Assembly: GCA_023480925.1 (NCBI GenBank)
Contig: JAMCWY010000003.1
Span: forward strand, 13,104 to 45,103
Length of the DNA stretch: 32,000 nucleotides
Direction of reading: 5' to 3'
Source: Patescibacteria group bacterium
GTDB taxonomy: Bacteria; Patescibacteriota; Minisyncoccia; UBA6257; HR35
The notes under the pieces were generated by a model that searched no databases, was not told the DNA's origin, and was given only the letters and a program-made list of their open reading frames with translations. The position numbers and the translations under genes were made by a program. Shown piece by piece: positions 9,144 to 18,997 of the stretch; position 1 is the first letter of the stretch; every line of letters starts with the position of its first letter.

Positions 9144-10394
9144 ATGATAGATATCAAATTATTGCTAAAACAGCCGGCCGATTATAAAATCGGCGCGAGA
9201 AGAAGAGGATTGAATCTTGATGATCAGATTGATCAAGTTGTTGATCTTAAAACGAAATTAGACGGACTGATTCAAAAAAAAGACGAGCGCCGACATCAGC
9301 TCAAACTTGAATCGGAAACAAAACCGAGCGAGGAAACAATTGTTAAATTGAGGCGATTAAAAGATGAGATAAAAAAAGACGAAGCGGAGATTGATTTGAT
9401 CGAGAAAGAGATCGAGAAGCTGGTCGAACTGATTCCTAACCCGCCTTCAGCGGATACGCCGATCGGCGCGAGCGATAAAGATAATTTGATTTTGCGAGAA
9501 GTCGGCCGGCCGCCAAAATTTGATTTTCAGCCAAAAGATCATTTTGAGCTTGGCCGAAGTTTGGATTTAATCGATACCGAGAAAGCGAGCGAGATCGCTG
9601 GTTCGCGTTTTTATTATCTAAAAAACGAGGCGGTTCTTTTGGAGTTGGCTTTGATTAGTTTTGTTTTTGATTTTTTGGTCAAGACCGGGTTTAAACCGAT
9701 GCTGGTGCCGGATATGATTAAAGAGAAATATTACGCCGGTATGGGCCGATTAGCCGGCGATCAAAAAGAAGAGCGGTATTATTTGGCTAAAGACGAACTT
9801 TATCTGATTGGCAGCGCCGAGCACACGCTTGGGCCATACCACGCCAATGAGATTTTGGAAGAAAAAGATCTGCCTAAACGTTATGTCGGTTTTTCCGCTT
9901 GTTTTCGGCGCGAAGCCGGCAGTTACGGTAAGGATGTTAAGGGAATTTTGCGAGTTCACCAGTTTGACAAGGTTGAAATGTTTAGTTTTGCCGCCGCCGT
10001 TCAATCTGAGAACGAACATCGGTTTTTGCTTGGCCTTCAGGAAAAAATCGTTCAGGCTTTAGAATTGCCTTATCGGGTTGTTCAAATCTGCGCGGGCGAT
10101 ATTGGTTTCACCGACGCTCGCGCTTACGATATTGAAACTTGGTTGCCGGGTCAAAATCGTTATCGGGAAACTCATTCTTGTTCGAACACGACCGATTTCC
10201 AGGCGCGCGGAATAAATGTCAGAGTCAGGGGCAAAGATAATAAACTTGAACCCGCTCACTTGCTTAACGCGACCGGAATCGCTCTGGCTCGAACAATTAT
10301 CGCGATTTTGGAAAATTATCAAACTAAGGAAGGCTGGATCAGGATTCCAACCGTTTTGAGAAAATACCTCGGTCTTGAAGTGATTAAAAGATGA
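9144..10394 (+). CDS. serS: Seryl-tRNA synthetase.
   Basis: It has an N-terminal coiled-coil arm and class II motifs (FRREAGSYGKD, RVHQFDKVE, NATGIALARTIIAILENYQ). Confidence 0.95.
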   Translation: MIDIKLLLKQPADYKIGARRRGLNLDDQIDQVVDLKTKLDGLIQKKDERRHQLKLESETKPSEETIVKLRRLKDEIKKDEAEIDLIEKEIEKLVELIPNPPSADTPIGASDKDNLILREVGRPPKFDFQPKDHFELGRSLDLIDTEKASEIAGSRFYYLKNEAVLLELALISFVFDFLVKTGFKPMLVPDMIKEKYYAGMGRLAGDQKEERYYLAKDELYLIGSAEHTLGPYHANEILEEKDLPKRYVGFSACFRREAGSYGKDVKGILRVHQFDKVEMFSFAAAVQSENEHRFLLGLQEKIVQALELPYRVVQICAGDIGFTDARAYDIETWLPGQNRYRETHSCSNTTDFQARGINVRVRGKDNKLEPAHLLNATGIALARTIIAILENYQTKEGWIRIPTVLRKYLGLEVIKR

Positions 10395-10577
10395 AACTTT
10401 GTTATCTCATCTAGCGACTTAGTCGGTCGATTATTTCTTTTGTGTCAGTCTGTCCTCCTCAAAGTCTTTCAAACTGGATAAGTTTGTTCGCTTGCCGCGG
10501 AAATTTGCCACCTGAAATCAGTGGGGGGTATCCGGCTTAGTTTAATCGAAATTTAAATAAAATTTAGGTTTTATTTT

Positions 10578-10586
10578 TGATATAAT
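10578..10586 (+). promoter_or_regulatory. Extended -10 element (TGaTATAAT) for the atp operon.
   Basis: TG lies at 10578-10579 and TATAAT at 10581-10586, only 8 nt before ATG 10595. This implies a leaderless or 1-3 nt leader mRNA. Confidence 0.4.
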
Positions 10587-10594
10587 AAAAAGTT

Positions 10595-11299
10595 ATGGCA
10601 GTGGAGTTTAAACCGGATATCATTTTAACAATTTTTAACTGGCCGATTTCAAATTCGTTGTTGGCGAGTTTTTTGTCGCTTGGTTTGATTTTCCTGACAT
10701 TGTTTATTTTTAAAAAAAGATTAAAAGAAGTGCCAGGTCGATTTCAGGCGGCGATTGAAATTATTTACGAAGGTTTTTTTGATTTTTACAACGATATTCT
10801 CGAATCAAGCAAACAAACAAAAGTTTTCTTTTCTTTTTTGTTCGCTTTTTTCCTTTACGTCATTGTAAGCAACTGGATTGGTCTGTTGCCCGGCATTGGC
10901 AGTCTGGTTGTTCATTGGGGCGGTCAGACCGTGCCGCTTTTTCGTTCGACTTATTCGGATTTGAATATGACCCTTGCCTTAGCTTTGATTTCCGTTATCG
11001 GCGTCAATATAATCGCTATTTTTTATCTGCGCCGCTTTTATTTCAAAAAGTGGTTGACAGCATTGGCGCCGTTTGAAATTTTTTCGGAATTTGCTAAAAT
11101 AATATCTTTCTCGTTCAGATTATTCGGGAATATTTTTGCTGGCGATGTTCTTTTAATCGTAATTTTTTCGTTGAGCGGCTATATTTTACCGGTGCCGTTT
11201 ATAGGTTTGGAAATTTTTGTCGGTTTTATCCAGGCTTTAATTTTTACCGCCTTAACCGCAATTTTCTTAAAAGTCGCATTAATTCAAACATCGCATTAA
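10595..11299 (+). CDS. atpB: F0F1 ATP synthase subunit a.
   Basis: It is a polytopic membrane protein with the conserved Arg region SFSFRLFGNIFAG, and is the first gene of the atp cluster. Confidence 0.9.
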   Translation: MAVEFKPDIILTIFNWPISNSLLASFLSLGLIFLTLFIFKKRLKEVPGRFQAAIEIIYEGFFDFYNDILESSKQTKVFFSFLFAFFLYVIVSNWIGLLPGIGSLVVHWGGQTVPLFRSTYSDLNMTLALALISVIGVNIIAIFYLRRFYFKKWLTALAPFEIFSEFAKIISFSFRLFGNIFAGDVLLIVIFSLSGYILPVPFIGLEIFVGFIQALIFTALTAIFLKVALIQTSH

Positions 11300-11302
11300 T
11301 CA

Positions 11303-11545
11303 ATGCCGCAATCTTTGGATTTAAGTTTTCTTAATAATCTTTTTGCCGGTTTGACGATCGCGATCGGCGTCGCTTTGCCCGCTTGGGCGATTGGCAAGAT
11401 TGGCAGCTCAGCCGTCGAAGGCATCAGCCGTAATCCCGAAGCGACGCCAAAAATCCAAACGGCGATGATCTTAGCTATCGCTTTCGCCGAGGCTGTCGCT
11501 ATTTATGTTTTGGTTATCACCCTTTTGATTAAATTCGTCAAATAA
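11303..11545 (+). CDS. atpE: F0F1 ATP synthase subunit c.
   Basis: It is an 80-aa helical hairpin with the loop RNPE and the carboxylate in AFAEAVAIY. Confidence 0.9.
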   Translation: MPQSLDLSFLNNLFAGLTIAIGVALPAWAIGKIGSSAVEGISRNPEATPKIQTAMILAIAFAEAVAIYVLVITLLIKFVK

Positions 11546-11603
11546 GACCGAAAAGTTAAAAATAAATTATCAAAAGTAATCGTTTCAGTTAAAAATTAAT
11601 TTA

Positions 11604-12107
11604 ATGGATTTGCTAACGAAAATCGGGATTGAACCGAAATTACTACTGGCTCAAGTTGTCAATTTTGGCATCGTTGTTTTTATCATTTATTATTTTTTGC
11701 ATAAACCTTTGTCTAATTTGATTAAGACGAGGCGGGAAAAAATCGAATCGGGTCTGAAAAAAGAAAAAGAAGCGGAAGAGCTGATGGCGAAAGTTCAATC
11801 TTTGCGTCAGGATATTTTGACCGCGGCGGCAAAGGAAAAAGAAGAAATAATTTTGGCGACAAGGGCAAAGTTGGTTGAACTTGAAGAGGCCGAGCGCGAA
11901 AAATTGGTCCGATTCGAGTTGAACGAGAGAAAAAAAATCGAGGCGGCTTTGGCTCAGACGGAAAAAGAATTAGCTAAAGAAATCGAGGCTAAATTTCCGG
12001 CTTTATTTTTAAATTTAAGCTCGAAAATTTTTCCGGCGAAAGATTTGAACGAAAAATTTATTAAAGCGATGCTTGAACAAACTGAGCCGAACGGTCAAAA
12101 CGAATAA
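11604..12107 (+). CDS. atpF: F0F1 ATP synthase subunit b.
   Basis: It has a single N-terminal TM helix and then a long charged helix. Its position is between atpE and atpH. Confidence 0.8.
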   Translation: MDLLTKIGIEPKLLLAQVVNFGIVVFIIYYFLHKPLSNLIKTRREKIESGLKKEKEAEELMAKVQSLRQDILTAAAKEKEEIILATRAKLVELEEAEREKLVRFELNERKKIEAALAQTEKELAKEIEAKFPALFLNLSSKIFPAKDLNEKFIKAMLEQTEPNGQNE

Positions 12108-12487
12108 TGCCGAATATTTGGACGAAGATTTTGGTTGACAAATTTGAACGAGATAAAGATTTGAAGGTCGTTGATGGTTTGGTTGAGCTTTTAAAACGGC
12201 GTGGCCGGTTGAAACAATTGAAAGAAATTTTGGCTGACTTAAAATTCATTCAGGACCAAACCGACCGCGTTGGTTCAGCTAAATTAGTCTTAGCTCAACC
12301 AATTGAAGAAAAGACGTTGGCTTTGATAAAAACGAAGTTGGCGCGGCGGTTGGGTTGGTGCGATCTCAATCCAAGAATTAGAGTTGATAAGAATCTTGTC
12401 GCCGGCGGTTTCTTATTGACTCGGGCCAAGTTTGTCGATTTTAGTTTTCGCGGTTTAATTTTGAGAGGTTTAGTTAAAGAGCAGTGA
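12107..12487 (+). CDS. atpH: F0F1 ATP synthase subunit delta (short, 126 aa).
   Basis: It has a TAATG overlap with atpF. The C-terminal pattern D.NLVAGGFLL....FVDFSF..L matches the delta/OSCP C-terminus. Its position is before atpA. Confidence 0.7.
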   Translation: MPNIWTKILVDKFERDKDLKVVDGLVELLKRRGRLKQLKEILADLKFIQDQTDRVGSAKLVLAQPIEEKTLALIKTKLARRLGWCDLNPRIRVDKNLVAGGFLLTRAKFVDFSFRGLILRGLVKEQ

Positions 12488-12494
12488 TAAAAAA

Positions 12495-14039
12495 ATGGAA
12501 GATTTAAAATTTTTGATTCAAAAACTTGAAAAAGAATTATTGAGAATCGAGGCCGGCGCTGAGATAGTATCGGTCGGGACGGTTTTGCGGACAGGCGACG
12601 GCGTTGTTTGGATTGATGGTTTGGCCCAGACGAAACTAAACGAGATTCTTCTGGTTCGGCCAAGCCAGACGAGTGGAACGAAAGAAATCAGCGTGCCCGT
12701 TTTGGCTTTGAATTTGGAAGAAGAGTTGATCGGCGCGGTTGCCTTGGCTGATTCCGATCTGATTAAAGAAGGCGATATGGTCATAAGGACGGAAACGGTT
12801 ATCCAGGCGCCGGTTGGCCCGTCTTTAATCGGCCGAGTCGTCAATCCTTTGGGTCAGCCGCTTGATGGCTTGGGCGAAATTAAAACCGAAACATTCTATC
12901 CCCTAGAACGAGAAGCGCCGGGCGTGATTGAGCGGGAGCCAGTGCGAAGACCGCTTCAAACCGGAATCAAGGCGATTGATGGATTGATTCCGATTGGCCG
13001 GGGTCAGCGAGAGTTAATTTTGGGCGATCGTCAAATTGGCAAGACCGCGATCGCTTTAGATGTAATTTTGAATCAAAAAGACGAAAAGAAAGATCGGCCG
13101 ATTTGCGTTTATGTCGGCGTTGGCCAAAAACTTTCGAAGATTAAGCGAATGTATGAAATTTTAAAAAAGGCCGGCGCGCTTGACTATACTATCATGGTCG
13201 TGGCGAGCGCTTCCGATCCAGCCGCCTTGATTTATCTTTCCGTTTACAGCGGTTGTTCGATTGGAGAATATTTTCGGGATAACGGTCAGGACGCGGTTGT
13301 GATTTACGACGATTTGACTAAGCACGCTTGGGCTTGGCGGGAATTGAGTTTGCTTTTAAAACGACCGGTTGGCCGCGAGGCTTATCCGGGCGATATTTTT
13401 TACACGCACGCGCGCTTATTGGAACGAGCGGCGAAATTGAAAGAAGGCGGATCGTTGACCGCCTTGCCGATTTGCGAAACTCAACTCGGCGATATTTCTT
13501 CTTATATTCCAACAAATTTAATTTCAATCACCGATGGTCAAATTTATCTTGAGACCGATTTATTCAATAAAGGCTTTCGGCCGGCGATCAGTATCGGTTT
13601 GAGCGTTTCGCGCGTCGGTTCACAGGCTCAGACCAAGTTAATGAAAAAAGTCGCTGGCCGATTGAAGCTTGATCTGGCTCAATTTCGCGAATTGGAAGCG
13701 TTCGCTCAGGTCACGAGTGATTTGGCCGAGGCGAGCAGGAAAAAATTGGAACGAGGTCGAGTTTTGACCGAAATTTTAAAACAAGAGAATCTTCAACCGC
13801 TTAGTTTTGAAAAAATTGCGGTTTTGTTTTTCGCCGCGAACGAGGGTTATCTTGACGGGTTCAGCTCGGCCGAAATTTTTTATTTCGAGAATAAACTTTT
13901 GGCGGATTTAAATTTGGACCAGGCGGATTTGGCCACGGCCTTAAAAACCAAAGCGGATATTGACGATACTTTGGTTGAAAAATTAAATCAGTATTTAAAA
14001 AATTTTGTCCAATCTTTTCGCCAGAACCGGAGTAATTAA
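12495..14039 (+). CDS. atpA: F0F1 ATP synthase subunit alpha.
   Basis: It has the Walker A motif GDRQIGKT and the pattern ITDGQIYLETDLFNKGFRPAI. Confidence 0.97.
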   Translation: MEDLKFLIQKLEKELLRIEAGAEIVSVGTVLRTGDGVVWIDGLAQTKLNEILLVRPSQTSGTKEISVPVLALNLEEELIGAVALADSDLIKEGDMVIRTETVIQAPVGPSLIGRVVNPLGQPLDGLGEIKTETFYPLEREAPGVIEREPVRRPLQTGIKAIDGLIPIGRGQRELILGDRQIGKTAIALDVILNQKDEKKDRPICVYVGVGQKLSKIKRMYEILKKAGALDYTIMVVASASDPAALIYLSVYSGCSIGEYFRDNGQDAVVIYDDLTKHAWAWRELSLLLKRPVGREAYPGDIFYTHARLLERAAKLKEGGSLTALPICETQLGDISSYIPTNLISITDGQIYLETDLFNKGFRPAISIGLSVSRVGSQAQTKLMKKVAGRLKLDLAQFRELEAFAQVTSDLAEASRKKLERGRVLTEILKQENLQPLSFEKIAVLFFAANEGYLDGFSSAEIFYFENKLLADLNLDQADLATALKTKADIDDTLVEKLNQYLKNFVQSFRQNRSN

Positions 14040-14050
14040 ATTTAACTAAA

Positions 14051-14380
14051 ATGAATTTTAAACAGTATCAAGAAAAATCTCGTCGGACCGCGATTTATCC
14101 CCGTCGCGGCAAAGATTTTATTTATCCGGCTCTCGGTTTGGGCGGCGAGACGGGCGAGGTTTTGGATAAGATTAAAAAAATCATCCGAGACAAAAATTAC
14201 AAAGTTGATCAGTTGGTTCGATCGGAATTAGAAAAAGAACTGGGCGATGTTTTGTGGTATCTGGCTCAATTGGCGACGGAATTAAAATTATCTCTTGACC
14301 AAATCGCGAAAACAAATTTAAAAAAATTAAATTCACGTTTAAAGCGAGATCAAATCAAGGGCAGCGGCGATAATCGTTAA
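14051..14380 (+). CDS. MazG-like nucleoside triphosphate pyrophosphohydrolase (small all-alpha type).
   Basis: It is 109 aa long and carries metal-binding motifs GGETGEVLDKIKK and ELGDVLWYLAQLA. It starts 11 nt after atpA and ends 4 nt before atpG. Confidence 0.75.
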   Translation: MNFKQYQEKSRRTAIYPRRGKDFIYPALGLGGETGEVLDKIKKIIRDKNYKVDQLVRSELEKELGDVLWYLAQLATELKLSLDQIAKTNLKKLNSRLKRDQIKGSGDNR

Positions 14381-14384
14381 GGCG

Positions 14385-15341
14385 ATGAAACAAACATCTT
14401 CGCGGAGTTTAAAAAGAAAGATTAAATCTTTGGCGAGTTTTCAAAAGATGACCCGGTCGATTAGTTTGACGGCGGCGGTCAAACTTCGTCGGGTTCAAAT
14501 GAAAATGTTAAAAGCGAGATTTCTTGGTTATGAGCTTTTGCTTTTTCTCAAAGAACTTTTAAAAAGAAACAACAACTTGCCTAACCATTATCTATTTAAT
14601 CAAGCCGCCGCCGGTCGAGCTGATTTGGCTAAAAAGATTTTAGTGATTGTGATTGCCTCGGATCGAGGTTTGGCCGGATCGTTTGATTTGAATATTTTCC
14701 GCCAAGCTGAATCGATAATCGCTGATTTAGACAAGAGTCAGTTTGATCTCGGTTTAATCGGCCGAAAGGCGAAAAATCATTTTAAAAAAAGAGGTTTTGA
14801 ACCAATTTTTGCTTTTGAACATTTTGAGAACGTTATAACTAAAAGCGACATAACCGAATTGATCGAGTTTCTTAAAAGGGCTTTGATCAAAAATATTTAT
14901 AGCCGGGTCGCGGTTATTTATAATAATTTTTATTCAGTCTTAAAACAAAAGGTTGAGGTTGTTGATCTTTATCCTTTTAGTTTTGAAACATTTGATCGTC
15001 AGCTTGAAAATATTATTCCTCGCCAAGGAATGTTTTCCGATCAGACCAAGGTTAAGCCGGCCGTTGGACGGTTTGAATATTTGATCGAACCCAGTCCGGA
15101 AAAAGTTTTGCCGACAGTTTTGGAATTAGCCTTTAGTTATTTAATCTATCTGATTATTTTGGAGGCGAACTCGGCCGAACAAGCCGCTCGTTTGATCACG
15201 ATGCAGCGGGCTTTTGAGAACGCGAGTGAAATGATGTTTGAGACGAAGTTAGTTTATAACAAATTGAGACAAGGTCAAATTACGCGGGAGCTTTTGGAGA
15301 TCATTTCCGGCTCGAGTCAGTTAATTAACGATTTAGTTTGA
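14385..15341 (+). CDS. atpG: F0F1 ATP synthase subunit gamma.
   Basis: The N-terminal (RKIKSLASFQKMTRSISLTAAVKLRR) and C-terminal (LVYNKLRQGQITRELLEIISG) coiled-coil helices are typical of gamma. Confidence 0.9.
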   Translation: MKQTSSRSLKRKIKSLASFQKMTRSISLTAAVKLRRVQMKMLKARFLGYELLLFLKELLKRNNNLPNHYLFNQAAAGRADLAKKILVIVIASDRGLAGSFDLNIFRQAESIIADLDKSQFDLGLIGRKAKNHFKKRGFEPIFAFEHFENVITKSDITELIEFLKRALIKNIYSRVAVIYNNFYSVLKQKVEVVDLYPFSFETFDRQLENIIPRQGMFSDQTKVKPAVGRFEYLIEPSPEKVLPTVLELAFSYLIYLIILEANSAEQAARLITMQRAFENASEMMFETKLVYNKLRQGQITRELLEIISGSSQLINDLV

Positions 15342-15361
15342 AGTTAAAAAACTAATTTTAA

Positions 15362-16804
<1,443 letters not shown>

Positions 16805-16862
16805 AACTAATCAGTCGGACTAACCGAAATTTAGTTTTAGGGCGGCATAATAAAACGCCGGG

Positions 16863-16888
16863 GCGAATTTTAAATTCGCGGATTTTTG
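16863..16888. terminator. Hairpin terminator between convergent atpD and rel.
   Basis: The palindrome GCGAATTTtAAATTCGC (16863-16879) is followed by GGATTTTT. Confidence 0.5.
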
Positions 16889-16895
16889 GAAATAA

Positions 16896-18635
16896 TTAAA
16901 TCAATCGGTAACTAATTTCTTTGATGACTTTGATATTTTTTAGTTTGATCAAAATTTTTTCCGTTTTTTCTTTATTATCGAAATTGATCTTAATTTTTAT
17001 TTGGGCGAAATGACCGTTTGGGTTTGAGTGGATTTCTTTGATGTTGGTTTTGGTTTGGGCGATGATGTCGGAAATGTTTTTAATCAAGTTAATTTTGTCT
17101 TCGGCCAGGATTTTTATCTCAGCCAGCCGTTCGCGTTTGAATGGATCGTCTTGGCGAAGCTTGTTTCTGATTTTCTTTTTAGCTCGGTCGGTTTTGATAA
17201 AACGAATCCAGGATTCCGATGGCCGCCGCGTTTTTTGAGTCAAAATTTCAACAATATCGCCGGATTGGAGAATTTGATCGAGATTGACGATTTTGTCGTT
17301 GACCCGGGCGCCGACGCAGTGGTTGCCGATTTCGGTGTGAACGGCGTAAGCGAAATCGATTGGCGTTGACCCAGCCGGCAGATCGAAAACTTCGCCCTTG
17401 GGCGTGATCGTAAAAATTCTGTCTTTAAAAAAATCAATTTTAAGCGATTGGAGAAAATCATCTTGGCTGTCAAATTTATTTTGCCAATTTTTCAATTGTT
17501 CAATCCAATTTAACTCTTTCCGGTCGGCAAAAATCGTTTTGGCTTTTAAATAATTTTTGCTTTGTTTCGCTTGGCTATAAAACCAGTAAGCGGCAATACC
17601 GTTTTCATTTTCTTCGTGCATCTCGAGCGTTCGAATTTGAAATTCGGTTGGTTTGTTTTCTTCGCAGATGACGGTCGTGTGAATGCTGCGATAGCCGTTT
17701 GGTTTGGGCAGGGCGATGTAGTCTTTAATCCGGCCGGGCAGAGGCGGCCAAAGTTTGTGGATAAAACCAAGAACGGCATAACACTCTTCGACTGTCTGAA
17801 CGATAATTCGAACCGCGACTAAATCGTAAACTTGGCTAAGGTCCATATCGTAACGGAGAATTTTTTTGTAAAGACTGGCGTAACGTTTGGCTCGAGTATC
17901 GATTCGGATTGGTTTGATTTTATTCTTTTCCAATTCCGTCCCGATTATCTTTTTGACATTTTCAAGGTATCTTTCTCGTTCTTGAAATTTTTCTTTGACA
18001 TTTTCTTTCAACCATTTGGACTCGGTTGGGTGAAGATAGGGGAAGGCGAGATCGTCGAGTTCGCCGGCCAGGTTACTCATACCCAGACGGTAGGCGAGAG
18101 GCGAATAAATTTCGTTTGTTTCAAGAGCGATTCGTTTTTGTTTGTTTGGCGCCAGAGCATTGAGGGTTTTGAGATTGTGGAGCCGGTCGGCCAGCTTAAT
18201 GAAGACGACGCGAATGTCTTCGCTCATGGCCAAAATCATTTTTTTTAAAGTTTCGATCTGAGCTTGGTTGCCGCGGTATTTGATTCGGCTGATCTTAGTC
18301 ACGCCATCGACAAGAAAAGCGATCTCATCGCCGAATTCTTTTTTAATCCGTTCCAAAGAAATGTCGGTGTCTTCGACGACGTCGTGTAAGAGCGCGGCGG
18401 CGGCAGTGGCCAAGTCTAACTGCCACTGGCTAATCTTTAAAGCGGTCTGGAAGGCGTGGTTGAAATAAGGTTCGCCCGATTTTCTTTTTTGGCCACGGTG
18501 GGCTTCTTGGCTGAAGGTGAAAGCTTTTTTAATTAATTCCAATTCCGTTTCATTTAATTGGCAATATTTCTTGATCGCGCCAATCAATTCTTGAAACTGG
18601 TTTGAATTTATTTTTCCATCTATTTTGGCCGTCAT
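16896..18635 (-). CDS. Bifunctional RelA/SpoT-family (p)ppGpp synthetase/hydrolase, compact form of 579 aa.
   Basis: It has an HD hydrolase domain (HRGQKRKSGEPYFNH...LLHDVVEDT), a synthetase core (YDLVAVRIIV, GYRSIHTTV, EFQIRTLEMH), a TGS domain (ITPKGEVFDLPAGSTPIDFAYAVHTEIG) and an ACT-like tail. Confidence 0.9.
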   Translation of the reverse strand: MTAKIDGKINSNQFQELIGAIKKYCQLNETELELIKKAFTFSQEAHRGQKRKSGEPYFNHAFQTALKISQWQLDLATAAAALLHDVVEDTDISLERIKKEFGDEIAFLVDGVTKISRIKYRGNQAQIETLKKMILAMSEDIRVVFIKLADRLHNLKTLNALAPNKQKRIALETNEIYSPLAYRLGMSNLAGELDDLAFPYLHPTESKWLKENVKEKFQERERYLENVKKIIGTELEKNKIKPIRIDTRAKRYASLYKKILRYDMDLSQVYDLVAVRIIVQTVEECYAVLGFIHKLWPPLPGRIKDYIALPKPNGYRSIHTTVICEENKPTEFQIRTLEMHEENENGIAAYWFYSQAKQSKNYLKAKTIFADRKELNWIEQLKNWQNKFDSQDDFLQSLKIDFFKDRIFTITPKGEVFDLPAGSTPIDFAYAVHTEIGNHCVGARVNDKIVNLDQILQSGDIVEILTQKTRRPSESWIRFIKTDRAKKKIRNKLRQDDPFKRERLAEIKILAEDKINLIKNISDIIAQTKTNIKEIHSNPNGHFAQIKIKINFDNKEKTEKILIKLKNIKVIKEISYRLI

Positions 18636-18666
18636 TGGTTTATTTTATGATTATTATATAATTAAA

Positions 18667-18921
18667 ATGATGGTAAAGTTTCATTTTAAATTTGTAACCG
18701 AAGCGGGAGTTGAGCGTGATCAAGAAATTGACGGTTTAAATTTGATGACTGAGGCCGGCGAAATCACGGTTTTGGCTCATCATCGGCCCTTGATCGCGGT
18801 TGCCCAAAAAGGAAAAATAAAGATTTTAAATCAGAACCAAGCCGAGTCTTTCGAATTGAAGGCGGATTCGATTCTTGAGGTCAGGCCGGACGAAGTTAAA
18901 ATTTTGACGATTGAGCCGTAA
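18667..18921 (+). CDS. atpC: F0F1 ATP synthase subunit epsilon, beta-sandwich domain only (about 84 aa).
   Basis: The motifs EAGEITVLAHHRPLIAV and SILEVRPDEVKIL align with epsilon motifs (EGELGIxPGHAPL; ILEVxPxxVxVL). ATG 18667 is preferred over 18625, which overlaps the rel start. Confidence 0.7.
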   Translation: MMVKFHFKFVTEAGVERDQEIDGLNLMTEAGEITVLAHHRPLIAVAQKGKIKILNQNQAESFELKADSILEVRPDEVKILTIEP

Positions 18922-18997
18922 GCTTTTTGATTTTTTAAAAATCGCGGAAGTAAGTTAAAATTATTTAAACAATCATTGGTTTAAGTTAAAAAGATCA

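Noticed and set aside
10395-10560. A slightly G+C-richer spacer lies after serS with small hairpins, such as CCAC-ctgaaatca-GTGG near 10510-10526. A small RNA or terminator was considered.
   Set aside because: The stems are short (4-5 bp) with no T-tail and no recognisable RNA family motif. The evidence is insufficient.
11303-11545. The possibility of a Na+-translocating c-ring was considered.
   Set aside because: The carboxylate context is AEAV, not E-S/T. The helix-1 position that is Gln in Na+ rings is not Gln here. This is consistent with an H+ type, so nothing unusual is claimed.
12518-12844. Antisense or shadow ORFs lie inside strong genes. Examples are 12518-12844, 13318-13527, 17028-17369, 17832-18248, 21958-22284, 24426-24659, 26795-27085 and 30760-31095.
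   Set aside because: Each lies fully inside a well-supported CDS on the other strand or in another frame. Their composition is odd (Ser/Arg/Pro/Phe-rich) and they have no motifs.
18625-18666. Several genes have upstream alternative starts: atpC at 18625, SDR at 806, rplC at 25932 and rpsJ at 25586.
   Set aside because: They add atypical residues and overlap neighbouring genes or promoters. Downstream ATGs reproduce the canonical N-termini.
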